Numbered from the stretch's first letter, positions 35,413-47,317 are shown. The stretch is 64,000 bases of DNA from Anolis carolinensis (GCF_035594765.1 NC_085846.1:7551190-7615189), one strand, 5' to 3'. The notes: a model not told the origin generated them from the sequence alone. Numbers and translations: made by a program.

Positions 35413-38400
35413 GAATATTAGGCTATCCGTATTAAAAACTCTAAAATCAGGACAGTAAATAAAGAACAACACACAGAAAACTGGGGAATTCCAGACAGGA
35501 AACAATCAGGGCCAGTTACAAATAAATAATCATAGTAAAACTTTATTTATATACCGCCCTATCTCCCCAAGAGGACTCAGGGCAGTTTCCAACAGAAGCA
35601 AAACATTCAATTGCCTCCTTTTGAGACCATACAACAAAATTAAACATCATGAAACAAAAACATACAATCCTGCTTTTTTTTCCCTGTGTCAGGAGCAACC
35701 GGAGTTGCTACTGGAGTGAGAGAATTGGCCGTCTGCAAGGACGTTGCCCAGGGGACATTGCCCGGATGTTTTGATGTTTTACCATCCTTGTGGGAGGCTT
35801 CTCTCATGTCCCCGCATGTAGCTGGAGCTTACAAAGGGAGCTCATCCACGCTCTCTCCGGGTGGGATTTGAACCTAGCAGCTTTCAGGTCAGGAACCCAA
35901 CCATCAAGTCACGAGGCTTTTATCCCCTAGGCCACCAGAGGCTCCTACAATCATGCTAAAACAAGCACAAAATTTAAAAGTCCAGTTTCAGTTTACGCCA
36001 TCAGATGGGTTCAAAATACCAATGGCCAGAAATTCAGAATGGACATGGCCAACTATAAAGGGCTGGGCAAAGCCTAGCACGACCTCCCAACAAAAGATTT
36101 CCCTCAGGCAGGAAGCAGCCAGGCTTTGAAGCTGCAAGGCTTTTCAATGCTAATCAAGGCGATTCATTGCAACATTTATACTTGCCTCCAACAAACAAAG
36201 AGTTCTTTCTCCCACCCTGGACTTTCCACAGATATATAAACCTCACTTGCCTTACTTGCCTAGTTTCCAACAGACCGCACAACCTCTGAGGATGCCTGCC
36301 ATAGAGGTGGGCAAAACGTCAGGAGAGAATGCTTCTGGAACATCGCGAGAACAATGTGCATTGTTCTGCACACAGACAAGAGTTCTTTCTCCCAAACTGG
36401 ATTTTCCACAGATATATAAACCCCACTTGTCTAGTTTCCAACAGACCTCACAACCTCTGAGGATGCCTGCCATAGAGGTGGGCAAAATGTCAGGAGAGAA
36501 TGCTTCTGGAACATGGCGAGAACAATGTGCATTGTTCTGCAGCTCTGCTCCTGCTGATGCAACCGGATGCAATGTCAGGGTGCTCCATCTCCCTCGGGCT
36601 TGGAGATCTAATCGGTGTGGCACAAACCGGCTCAATCTTCTTTGGATCTGGAGGCAGGGCTGCAACCCGGGAACCAGTTTGCATTCCTCAAGCTGCCAAG
36701 GCCGGGAGGGAGTGGAGAGAAATCCACCAGGAAGCTCCCTTCATCCTCCCTTGTTCCCTCCAGGGAAGGCTGGACGGAGCAGTCGCCTTGTTTGACGTTT
36801 ATTTGTTTTTAATTAGGCAGTTGTGCCTTCGTAGGGCTGGACTAGATGCCTCTGGGTGCCCCTTCCAACTCTTTGCTTCTTATTCTAATCCTGCCCTCTT
36901 CCTGATTTTTTTTCCCGTGAAAAACTGCAAGTCGCTTCTGGTGTGAGAGAATAGGCCATCTGAAAAGACGTTATCCAGGGGACACCCAGATGTTTTACCA
37001 TCCTGTGGGAGGCTTTTCTCATGTCCCTGCATGGGAAGCTGGAGCTGACAGACAAGAGCTCACCCTGCTCCAGATTCGAACTGCTGACCTTTCAGTCAGC
37101 AGTCCTGCCGGCACAAGGGTTTAACCCATTGCGCCATCTCAATGCATTTCCTTTTTTTTGAACTAAAAAATAAAATAGTCTTTTGGAGGATTACAACACC
37201 CCAAATCCACCCAGCCAGGAATTTGTGCATATCCAAGAATCAAAAGCTGGCTGTTTCTCTCCAGTTCTTACTCACTTGCCAATATGTGTTTGAAACCCTT
37301 CCAGCTTCGTTCGGGATGCAGTCAGCAGCTCATACACTTTTTCCTAGGAAAGGAGAAAAGAGCGAGGATAAAATGTGAAAAATAGGATGCGGTCACCGTG
37401 GTGGAAGTTTGAGTTGAGTCCTGGGGTCGACATCTACGGGTGCATCTGTAATGTAGATTTAATGCAGTTCAACATCACTTGAACTGCTATGGCGCAGTGC
37501 TATGGAATCCTGGGAGCTGTAGTTTTACACCATCTTTAGTATGGATGACTACCATAGATGTGGGCGAAATGTCAGGAGAGAATGCTTCTCTAACATGGCC
37601 ATACAGCTCACAACCTGAGGATGCCTGCCATAGATGTGGGCGAAATGTCAGGAGAGAATGCTTCTGGAACATGGCCATACAGCTCACAACCTGAGGATGC
37701 CTGCCATAGATGTGGGCAAAATGACAGGAGAGAATGCTTCTGGAACATGACCATACAGCTCACAACATCTGAGGATGATTACCATAGATATGGGTGAAAT
37801 GTCAGGAGAGAATGCTTCTGGAATATGACCATACAGCTCACAACCTCTGAGGATGACTACTATAAATAGGGGCGAAATGTCAGGAGAGAATGCTTCTCTA
37901 ACATGGCCATACAGCTCACAACTTGAGGATGATTGCCATAGATGTGGGCGAAATGTCAGGAGAGAATGCTTCTGGAACATGGCCATACAGCCTGGAAAAC
38001 TTACAGCAACCCAAAATGTATATTGTTATCATTATTATATCCCGTTTTCTTCTCTTAATGAGACTCGAAGCGACTCAAGCACTAAACACAGTATAAATTA
38101 TAATTTACCGCCTAAACCATATGAAAAAATATTTGCCTGAGTTTGGGTATCTATGGAGGTGGGCATTGGGGGAAACACACTCTCACCTGGACCGCAACCC
38201 CAAAATTATTGCCATCTTCAATCCGGGGCACCAGGAGTTGGAGCCAGAGAGAAATCTGGAAACAAGGGAGGAAGAAAAAGGAGATGATTCGGGATGGATG
38301 TGCCTCTGAGCATGTGCAAACCAACCGATGATTGTGAGCACCGCTTTCCGCTACCAACTCACTATATTCAGTTTCTCTTTTGTTCCTTGGATTTCTGGCT

Positions 38401-41400
38401 TCACCCGGTTCAGCAAAGCGGTGATCTTCTCGTTGTGGCAAATTGGACCACAAGGTGGGGCTGAGAAGAGGAAAAAAAGTTACGGAATTCGAACTCAGAC
38501 CTTCCTTTGAACAAAATGGGAGAGATCTGTACATCAGAGAAGCGGCTTCTCTGCATCTACACTGCAGAATTAATGCAGTTTAACGCCACTTCCGACTACC
38601 GTGCCTCAATGGTATGGATTCATGGGAATTGTAGAACACTTTGGCAGAGAAGGCTAAAGGCCTTGTAAAATTACAACTTCCAGGATCCCATATAGACTCG
38701 AACCATGGCAATTAAGGTGGTGCCAAACTGCATTAACTCTACAGTCTAGACACAACCCAGGATTCCATAGCAGATTTGGAAGTCCCTTGAAAGTGAATGA
38801 AGGAATTCTCCAAATGTCTACCTTTCTCCTCATCATCAGATTTCTTCTTGCTACTTTTTTCTTCTTTGCCAGCATCCTTCTCTTCTTTCTGAATGAGAGG
38901 AACAGATAGACGGATATGGTTGTATATTGATTTTTTTCACCCTGACTTTCCAATGGATATGGTTCCTATGGATATGGTTCATATCCATAATACATAACAT
39001 TAAAAGACAAATAATACCATTCTCAAATGACCCGGGCATCGCCGGGTCCCCAAGCTAGTCTATATATTTAAAAAAATGCAATGTGCATAATTAGGACCGA
39101 GTTAACAACAAAACCACTGGGACAAATTGCACCAAATTTGGCTACAATACTCATCACGTTCCAAGGAGTGACCTTGCAGCTTCAAAGCCTGGCTGCTCCA
39201 TACCTAGGGGACTCCATTGTTGGCCAACTTGAATACCACTGAATAGCCTTGCATCTTCAAAGCCTGGCTGCTCCATACCTAGGGGACTCCATTGTTGGCC
39301 AACTTGAATACCATTGAATAGCCTTGCAGCTTCAAAGCCTGGCTGCTCCATACCTAGGGGACCCCATTGTTGGCCAACTTGAATACCACTGAATAGTCTT
39401 GCAGCTTCAAAGCCTGGCTGCATCATACCTAGGGGACTCCATTGTTGGCCAACTTGAATACCATTGAATAGCCTTGCAGCTTCAAAGCCTGGCTGCTCCA
39501 TACCTAGGGGACTCCATTGTTGGCCAACCTGAATACCATTGAATAGCCTTGCAGCTTCAAAGCCTGGCTGCTTCATACGTAGTGGATTTCATTGTTGCCA
39601 ACTTGAATACCATTGAATAGCCTTGCAGCTTCAAAGCCTGGCTGCTTCATACCTAGGGGACTCCATTGTTGGCCACCTTGAATACCACTGAATAGCCTTG
39701 CAGCTTCAAAGCCTGGCTGCTCCATACCTAGGGGACTCCATTGTTGGCCAACTTGAATACCACTGAATAGCCTTGCAGCTTCAAAGCCTGGCTGCTCCAT
39801 ACCTAGGGGACTCCATTGTTGGCCAACTTGAATATCATTGAATAGCCTTGCAGCTTCAAAGCCTTCTCCCACACAGCAGACCAGAGGGAAGGGAGGAGGA
39901 AAAGCCAAATAATTACAGCGTAGGAAGATCTCTGGGGCAATTATGGGATTCCTGTCCCAGATCGAGACCAAAAGGAAGGCAACAACACCTTGGAAAGCCA
40001 TATTTAAGAATAAAGAGAGATAAAGAGCAGCTCCACCCTATAGTTCAGAAGCGAAGGTGCAAATTAAGTTGGGAAACAAATGGGAGAGAGATCTCAAGCT
40101 TTTGTTTTGCAAAACAACTGAGAAAACAGGGATGCAACCACACTAACCACACTGTTATGCAACCACTAACAGCCGGTAGGCTGTTAGGAATTGTGGGAGT
40201 TGAAGTCCAAAACACCTGGAGGGCCCAAGTTTGCAAATACCTGCTATAGAATGAATGCATCTTGATAGGACTTTATCTGCTAAGGCTTAATACTATAGAA
40301 CTCCCAGGGTTCCATAGCATTGAGACAATGCAGTTAAAGTGCATTAGTTTTACAGTGTAGATGCATCCTATATACCAACTAAACTGCTCTCTTTCCTAAT
40401 TTGGAGGTTTATCCTTGCTTTCCCCAAACTCACTTCTTGCTTTTTGCGCCGTTCTTCGTCCTTCTTCGGGTCCGGCACCGGGATGTCTAGTTCGACACGG
40501 AGCGAGATGAGATCCGAAACATTCAGGTCCGAGAACTAGGGGAGAGAGAGGAAATTCCGTTCATTCCAAACCTTTAATTCATTTTAATCTTGGCATGCAA
40601 GTACTCTCTCTCAGCATGAAAAAATGTAAACAAAACAATATATAAACAAATAAATATATTGTATATACTCGAGTATAAACCTAGTTTTTCAGCCCCTTTT
40701 TTAGGACTAAAAAAGCCCCCCTCGGCTTATACTCGGGTGAGGATCCTGGTTGGCTTATATTTGGGTCAGCTTATACTCAAGAATATATGGTACATTTATT
40801 ATTTTTCTCTATTATTATTGATATTATTACATTTATTATTTTACTCTATTATTATTACATTTATTATTGTACTCTATTATTGTTGCTACTATTACATTTA
40901 TTTTACTCTATTTTTATTTTTAATATTAATACATTTATTACAGTAGAGCCTCACTTATCCAAGCCTCGCTTATCCAAGCCTTTGGATTATCCAAGCCATT
41001 TTTGTAGTCAATGTTTTCAATATATCTTGATATTTTGGTGCTAAATTCGTAAATACAGTAATTACAGCATAACATTACTGTGTATTGAACTACTTTTTCT
41101 GTCAAATTTGTTATATAACATGATGTTTTAGTGCTTAATTTGTAAAATCATAACCTAATTTGATATTTAATAGGCTTTTCCTTAATCCCTCCTTATTATC
41201 CAACATATTCGCTTATCCAAGCTTCTGCCAACCCGTTTAGCTTGGATAAGTGAGACTCTACTATATTTCAATCTGTTATTATTATTATTACATTTATTAT
41301 TCTACTCTATTATTATTAAAAGGATACATAAGCACATTTGCATTAAAGATGAGAATAATGATTTAATCAGAGTTGGACAGTCTTAAATTAGAGCTTGATG

Positions 41401-44400
41401 TAAATATTCAAAAACATTTTAACCTACTGATACCTCAATTAATGTAATTTTTTGGTATCTATTTTTATTTCTGAAATTTCCCACCCTCGGCTTATACTTG
41501 AGTCAATGATTTCCCAGTTTTTTTGTGGTAAAATTAGATGCCTCGGCTTATATCGGGTCGGCTTATATTTGAGTATATATGGTAGGTTTAAACAGGTTGT
41601 ATTTGAGTCATTGAACTAATTTCCAGAAATAATTTCCTTGTACTTTCTTCAGTTTGATTGAATAGGTTTAGATCTTGCCTTTCTTTCCATACTCATATAC
41701 ACTGCAGAATTAATGCAGTTTGATACCACTTTAACTGCCTTAGCTCCATGCTTTGGAAGTTACCATGGGAATTAAGGAGCCTTGTGCCAGCTGAACTGCT
41801 GACCTGAAGACTTGAAGGTCAGGGGTTCGAATTTGCTTCTGACATGACAAAAAAAACAAACCATTGGAATTGTAGTTTGATGAGGCACCAGCACCATTGG
41901 GCAAAGGTGGTCTTGGAAAACTACAACTCCCAGGATTGCATAGCATTGAGCCCATGGCAATTAAAGTGGTATCACTGGGTTGTTGTGAGTTTTCCAGGTT
42001 GTGAATTTTCTCTTTTGATGTTTCACCCACAAAGTGGTATCAAACTGAATTCATTCTACTGTGTAGATGCGCCCAAAGTGTAATAATAAACGGCTCCTTG
42101 GTTTTGCAGCTGAAATAATGACAACTTAAACCACTCACAAAATAGTTCAGTATTACCCACCTTCAGGAGATCGCTGAGTTCCACAATTTTTTCCGGGAAA
42201 CGAGTCGAGACCAGTTCTTCAGCCTTTGGAAATATTGGGTGCCAAAAATAAGGGAGAGGAAAGGAACACGAGAAGGCAAAACATCACGAAACAAAAGGCG
42301 CCTTTTCAGAGCTGTCATGCAACCAAATACCCAAACTAACCAACACACTATTTATATTGTGGAACTAATATTTCGGCAACGTTTCGCTTTTGCAAGAAGG
42401 AAAAACAATTTATTATGAAAGCGAATCATCCAAAAGTGAAAGTTGATCATCATCAGCCCCAAAAAGAACCTAAAAAGATAGGATGATAATAATATATAAT
42501 AATTGATCAATATATATTATCTATATCTATAGATACAGTAGAGTCTCACTTATCCAATGTTCTGGATTATCCAACGCATTTTTGTAGTCAATGTTTTCAA
42601 TACATCGTGATATTTTGGTGCTAAATTCGTAAATACAGTATTACTACATAGCTTTACTGTGTATTGAACTACTTTTTCTGTCAAATTTGTTCTATAACAT
42701 GATGTTTTGGTGCTTAATTTGCAAAATCATAACCTAATTTAATGTTTAATAGGCTTTTCCTTCATCTCTCCTTATTATCCAACATATTCGCTTATCCAAC
42801 GTTCTCCTGGCCCGTTTACGTTGGATAAGCGAGACTGTACTGTATATTGATATAGATAATATAACACCATCACCATCAACTTTTGTCTCTTGACCAAGAC
42901 GCAAAGCAATTCGCAACATTAATAAAGAAGAAATGCAATTTAAAATCCACAATATACATATATCCAATGTATTGTCGAAGGCTTTCATAGCCAGAATCAC
43001 TAGGTTGCTGTGAGTTTTCCGGGCTGTATGGCCATATTCCAGAAGCACTCTCTCCTGACGTTTCACCCACATCTATGGCAGGCGTCCTCAGAGGTTGTGG
43101 GGTCTGTTGGAAACTACAGACCATACAGAGAAGCCATTGAAATCCACAAGATGCATGTGGACAATTTCAACAGAATGGAGGAAACTATGAAAATGAACAA
43201 AAACTGCCCACCAGTATTTAAAAATTCTAAAAACCAGGAAGTAAATAAAGAAGAACATTAAGAAACAGGGACTTCCAGAAGGAAACAATCCAGGCCAGCT
43301 AACACCTCCCAACAAAGGATTCCTCCAGGCAGGAAGCAGCCAGGCTTTGAAGCTGCAAGGCCATACAATGCTAATCAAGCTGGCCAATGGCAACATTCAC
43401 ATTTGCCTCCAACATACAAGAGTTCTTGCTCCCACCCTGGACCTTCCACAGATCTATAAACCCCACTTGCCTAATTTCCAACAGACCTCACAATCTCTGG
43501 GGATGCCTGCCATAGATGTGGGTGAAATTTCAGGAGAGAATGCTTCTGGAACACAGTCATGCAGTCCGGAAAACTCACAGCAACACAGTTATTCTGGCCA
43601 TGAAGGCCTTTGACAATACATTACCATTATATTTATTATCCTTGTTGTTTATATCCAACTTTCATCTCTTGACTGAGACGCAAAGTCCCTCACAACATCA
43701 ATATAAAAACAACGCAATTAAATATCTACAACATGCATATATTAAATCAGGATGAAGCATACAAGTCAATTAAATAATATTACCATCATCATAATGATTA
43801 TTGTTGTGGGCAGAGGAGGACAACAACAACTTTGATCAAGAACCAAACCTGTCTGGAATTTGCTAACTTTGATATTTGATTTCAAAGGCGTACATGGCTG
43901 TCTGTGGGATATGCACTCTGCCCATGCTCAGAAGCTATGTTTCCCCTTTGAAAAAAGGTAACCCGTTCTCACCTGAGCACAGAGCTTCTCCTTGAAGGAC
44001 TTCACCTGAAGAAGAGAAAGTGAAAGAGACAAAGAAGAGAGAGAAATATGAAACTATTGGGAAGGACACCTGCCAGGGCTTTCGAGTTCGATCTCCCCGT
44101 AAATTAATTTTACATCTTAATTTAATAGGTTCCATATAGAGAGGAGAACCTGTTGGATTTCTGCCTGCCAACCCATGGCTTACAAGTGGTGCTAGAGTCC
44201 TCTTTTTGTCTGAACCGCACTCTTGTAGCAAGACATTCAACTGGTAAAGGGAAACCTGTCCTACAAAAAGATATCCAACCAATAAAGCTTCCCAGACCCA
44301 CAATGGGATATCAGTGCAATGCCTATTGGATTTCTGCCTGCATTATTTAAGAAGATTGCTATAACCCAATCTTTTTTAAACCACACTCCTCCAACAGGCA

Positions 44401-46633
44401 GATACCCAACTGGTTGAGTTTCCCAGGTCCACAATGTAGTATCGATACAGAGGGGAAGCTATAGAAAGGTATCCAACTGGTAAAGCTTCCCAGGTTCAAG
44501 ATATCCAACTGGTAAAGCTTCCCAGAACCACAATGTAATATTAACACAAAGGAAAACCTATAGAAAGATATCCAACTGGTAAAGCTTCCCAGGTTCAAGA
44601 TATCCAACTGGTAAAGCTTCCCAGAACCACAATGTAATAATAATAATAATAATAATACTTTATTTGCACCCCACCCTCTTTCTTCAGAGGGAATCAATAT
44701 AATATCAATACAGAGGAGAACCTATACAAAGATATCCAACTGGTAAAGCTTCCCAGAACCACAATGTAATATCAACACAGAGGAAAACCTATAGAAAGAT
44801 ATCCAACTGGTAAAGCTTTATAGACCCACCAATGGAATGTGAATAAGAGAAACTTGCACTACAGCAAGATATCCCACTGGTAAAACTTCCCAAATCGACT
44901 ATTATATCAATGCAGCACTACAGGCAGATATCCAACTGGTAAAGCTTCCCACACAACCATGGAATGCCAATAATGTACCTGCTGGATACTTGCCTGCCAA
45001 ATATTTGCTTTCAAGGAGTGCTAGAACCCTCTTTTTCAACCCACTGCTCCTTATAGGAAGATATTCAACTGGTAAAGCTTCCCAAATCTACAATATTAGA
45101 TCAATGCAGAGAGGAACCTGTACTACAGAACAATATTCAACCGATAAAGCTTCCCAGGCCCACAATTGAACGTTAGTACTGGATTTCTGCCTGCCTTGCC
45201 ATTACTTCCAAGGGATGTTAGAACCCATGCCTCCAGCCCTTTTACTCCACTCTTCCTACAGAAAGATATCCAACTGGTAAAGCTTCCAGACTCACCATGG
45301 AATACAAATAAAGAGAACTTTTTACTACAGACAGATATCCAACTGGTAAAGCTCCCCAGACCCACAATGTAATATTAATACAGAAGGGAACCTGTCCTAT
45401 AGAAAGATATCCAACTGGTAAAGCTTCATAGACTCAACAATAGAATATCAGTATGAGAACCTTGTACTACAGACAGATACCCAACTGGTAAAGCTTCCCA
45501 GACCCACAATGTAATATTAATACAGAAGGGAACCTGTCCTATAGAAAGATATCCAACTGGTAAAGCTTCCAGACCCATCATGGAATACAAATAAAGAGCA
45601 CCTTGTACTACAGACAGATATCCAACCGGTAAAGCATCTCAGACCCACAATGTAATATCAATATAGAGGGGAACTTGTCCTATCGAAAGATATCCAACTG
45701 GTAAAGCTTCCAGACCCACCATGGAATACAAATAAAGAGAACCTTGTACTACAGAGAGATACCCAACTGGTAAAGCTTCCCAGACCCACAATGTAATATT
45801 AATACAGATGGGAACCTGTCCTATAGAAAGATATCCAACTGGTAAAGCTTCCAGACCCACTATGGAATACAAATAAAGAGAACCTTGTACTACAGACAGG
45901 TATCCAACTGGTAAAGCTTCCCAGACCCACAATGTAATATCAATATAGAGGAAAACCTGTCCTATAGAAAGATATCCAACTGGTAAATCTTCCAGACCCG
46001 CCATGGAATACAATAAAGAGAACTTTGTACTACAGACAGATATTCAACTGGTAAAGCTTCCCAGACCCACAATGTAATATCAATATAGAGGAAAACCTGT
46101 CCTATAGAAAGATATCCAACTGGTAAATCTTCCAGACCCGCCATGGAATACAATAAAGAGAACTTTGTACTACAGACAGATATCCAACTGGTAAAGCTTC
46201 CCAAATTGACTGTATTATATATCAACATAAAGAGAGGAACCCGTACTACAGACAGAAATCCAACTGGTAAAGCTTCCCAGATCAACAATGTAGTATCAAT
46301 ACAGAGATGAACCTGTAAGAAAGATATCCAACTGGTAAAGCTTCCCACACCACCATGTAATACCAATACAGTACCTGTTGGATTTTTACCTCCCCAGAAC
46401 CCACTTTAATGTTGTTCCAGTCTAGACATGGGCCAACCTGGGCCCTCCAGGGGTTTTGGACTTCAACTCCCACAATTCCTAACAGCCTACCGGCTGTTAG
46501 GAATTGTGGGAGTTGAAGTCCAAAACCCCTGGAGGGCCCAGGTTGGCCCATGCCTGTTCCAGGTAGTTTAGGAGTCAAAAGAGCCGAGCTTTACCTGGGC
46601 CTCGCATTCTGGGGGCACCTCCAAGGTGGCCAT
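29377..46633 (-). CDS. PSME1: Proteasome activator PA28 alpha (11S regulator subunit 1), 11 coding exons
   Basis: Exons (minus): 46633-46595 (MATLEVPPECEAQ), 44005-43973, 42223-42161, 40535-40434 (LDIPVPDP), 38888-38822 (KEKE-like), 38460-38363, 38255-38187 (VPRIEDGNNFGVAVQ), 37343-37276, 31582-31528, 31438-31352, 29457-29377 (..KKPRDENKGMIY*). Confidence 0.98.
29505..30260 (-). mobile_element. CR1 LINE 3' fragment
   Basis: ORF2 C-terminal remnants (CINRNLVSRSREVMLPLYS..YEERLKELGMFSLQKRRLR; FHLNIRKNFLTVRVVQQWNSLP). Confidence 0.9.
30676..30716 (-). ncRNA. Minimal hammerhead ribozyme motif, intact core, sense in PSME1 intron 10
   Basis: Minus strand reads tct-CTGAGGA-T-GCCTGC-catagat-GTGGGC-GAAA-C-GTC-agg. 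Confidence 0.6.
31735..32590 (+). mobile_element. tRNA-derived SINE with Vingi-like tail, interrupted by a LINE end and a MITE; related copies 23600-23820, 35675-35945, 36905-37138 (minus)
   Basis: Head GGTGCAGTGGGTTA..GGTTCGAATCC; tail GTCGCCCCTGACACAG-A7. Confidence 0.7.
32684..32873. mobile_element. Palindromic hAT-like MITE (long form)
   Basis: Same family as 8196-8389. Confidence 0.8.
33821..33861 (-). ncRNA. Minimal hammerhead ribozyme motif, sense in PSME1 intron 8
   Basis: Minus strand reads cct-CTGAGGA-T-GCCTGC-catagat-GTGGGT-GAAA-C-GTC-agg. Confidence 0.55.
34024..34720 (+). mobile_element. R4/Dong-clade LINE 3' fragment (CCHC knuckle + restriction-like endonuclease)
   Basis: CRLCKETDETIDHILSCC; KILWDFRIQTDK..DITVVEKKKIWIIDVAIPGD; frameshifted; (TAA)n on both sides. 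Confidence 0.85.
37543..38012 (+). repeat. Six head-to-tail 76-78 bp units, each centred on the Penelope hammerhead motif
   Basis: (C/T)TGAGGA at 37615, 37691, 37769, 37847, 37923, plus a 5'-truncated first unit at 37543. Confidence 0.9.
39172..39865. repeat. ~9 copies of a 75-bp unit inside a Helitron-like element
   Basis: Unit CCTTGCAGCTTCAAAGCCTGGCTGCTCCATACCTAGGGGACTCCATTGTTGGCCAACTTGAATACCACTGAATAG; explains the 25-aa repeats in ORFs 39154-40001. Confidence 0.95.
43054..43094 (-). ncRNA. Minimal hammerhead ribozyme motif, sense in PSME1 intron 2
   Basis: Minus strand reads cct-CTGAGGA-C-GCCTGC-catagat-GTGGGT-GAAA-C-GTC-agg. Confidence 0.5.
44145..46400. repeat. Complex tandem array (~29 copies of a 25-bp core, ~70-bp period, ~140-bp dimer) filling PSME1 intron 1
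   Basis: Core GATATCCAACTGGTAAAGCTTCCCA with alternating related spacers. Confidence 0.95.
46424..46555. mobile_element. Palindromic hAT-like MITE (short form), 40 bp past the PSME1 exon 1 donor
   Basis: CATGGGCCAACCTGGGCCCTCCAGGGG...CCCCTGGAGGGCCCAGGTTGGCCCATG. Confidence 0.85.
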
Positions 46634-46639
46634 GCTGGG

Positions 46640-46945
46640 CTGTTGTGAGTGCACCTGGGCAGGTGTGAGTGCAGGCTCAGGTGTGGGGCTGGCAAGACCG
46701 GCCGGGCGAACCCCAAAACCCGCGGGGCGAGTCTCGACGTGGCTTCAAAGGCAGGAGGAGGGAGGCGAGCAAGTCATGCATGAAAAGCGAAAATGAAAGG
46801 AAAAGGGGAGGAGAGAAGGAGAGAGAGAAAGAAAGAAAAGGGGAACTTGAAAAAAAACAACACCGAGAAGGGACTTCCCACTTTGCAAAGGATTGCCAAA
46901 AAAGGGGGTGGGACTTCAATGCAAAAGGGGGGCTTTCCTTGCTTT
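46640..46945 (-). promoter_or_regulatory. PSME1: PSME1 promoter with ISRE-like element and two NF-kB consensus sites
   Basis: CpG-rich 46695-46770; GAAAAGCGAAAATGAAAG 46782-46799; GGGACTTCCC 46870-46879 and GGGGCTTTCC 46929-46938 (both fit GGGRNWYYCC). Confidence 0.7.
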
Positions 46946-47317
46946 CTTTTTTTAAAACAATATCAGTGTATTGCTTTCAGGTGGAAGAGCTTTCCCAGTT
47001 GGATTTCCCAACCTGTCTAGGATAAGGAACAAAAACTATTGCAAAGTTTCTATAGTCGCAAATTATTGAAAAATTATTGAAAGCGAGTGCATAAATAAAT
47101 ATGCCTAATGGCCCAACGATAAAGTGTCACCAGCCAGAGGCCTATAAATATCTGGGCATATTAGAGCACCCAACTCTCTTCTGCCTTGCAGGAAAAGCAC
47201 ACAATCAAAGCACCCCCCACAGATGGCCATCCAGCCTCTGCTGAAACGCCTCCACAGAAGGAGGATCCATTGGACTCCTAAGTCACTTTTAAGTCTTGTT
47301 TAAGCGAAGGGAGGATA

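Noticed and set aside
39154-40001. 140-aa ORFs with perfect 25-aa repeats
   Set aside because: A by-product of a 75-bp (3n) TE-derived unit; broken by a frameshift, with no convincing splice sites.
44145-46400. CRISPR-like repeat/spacer appearance
   Set aside because: Vertebrate intron, spacers homologous to each other and irregular in length, no cas genes; it is a tandem repeat.
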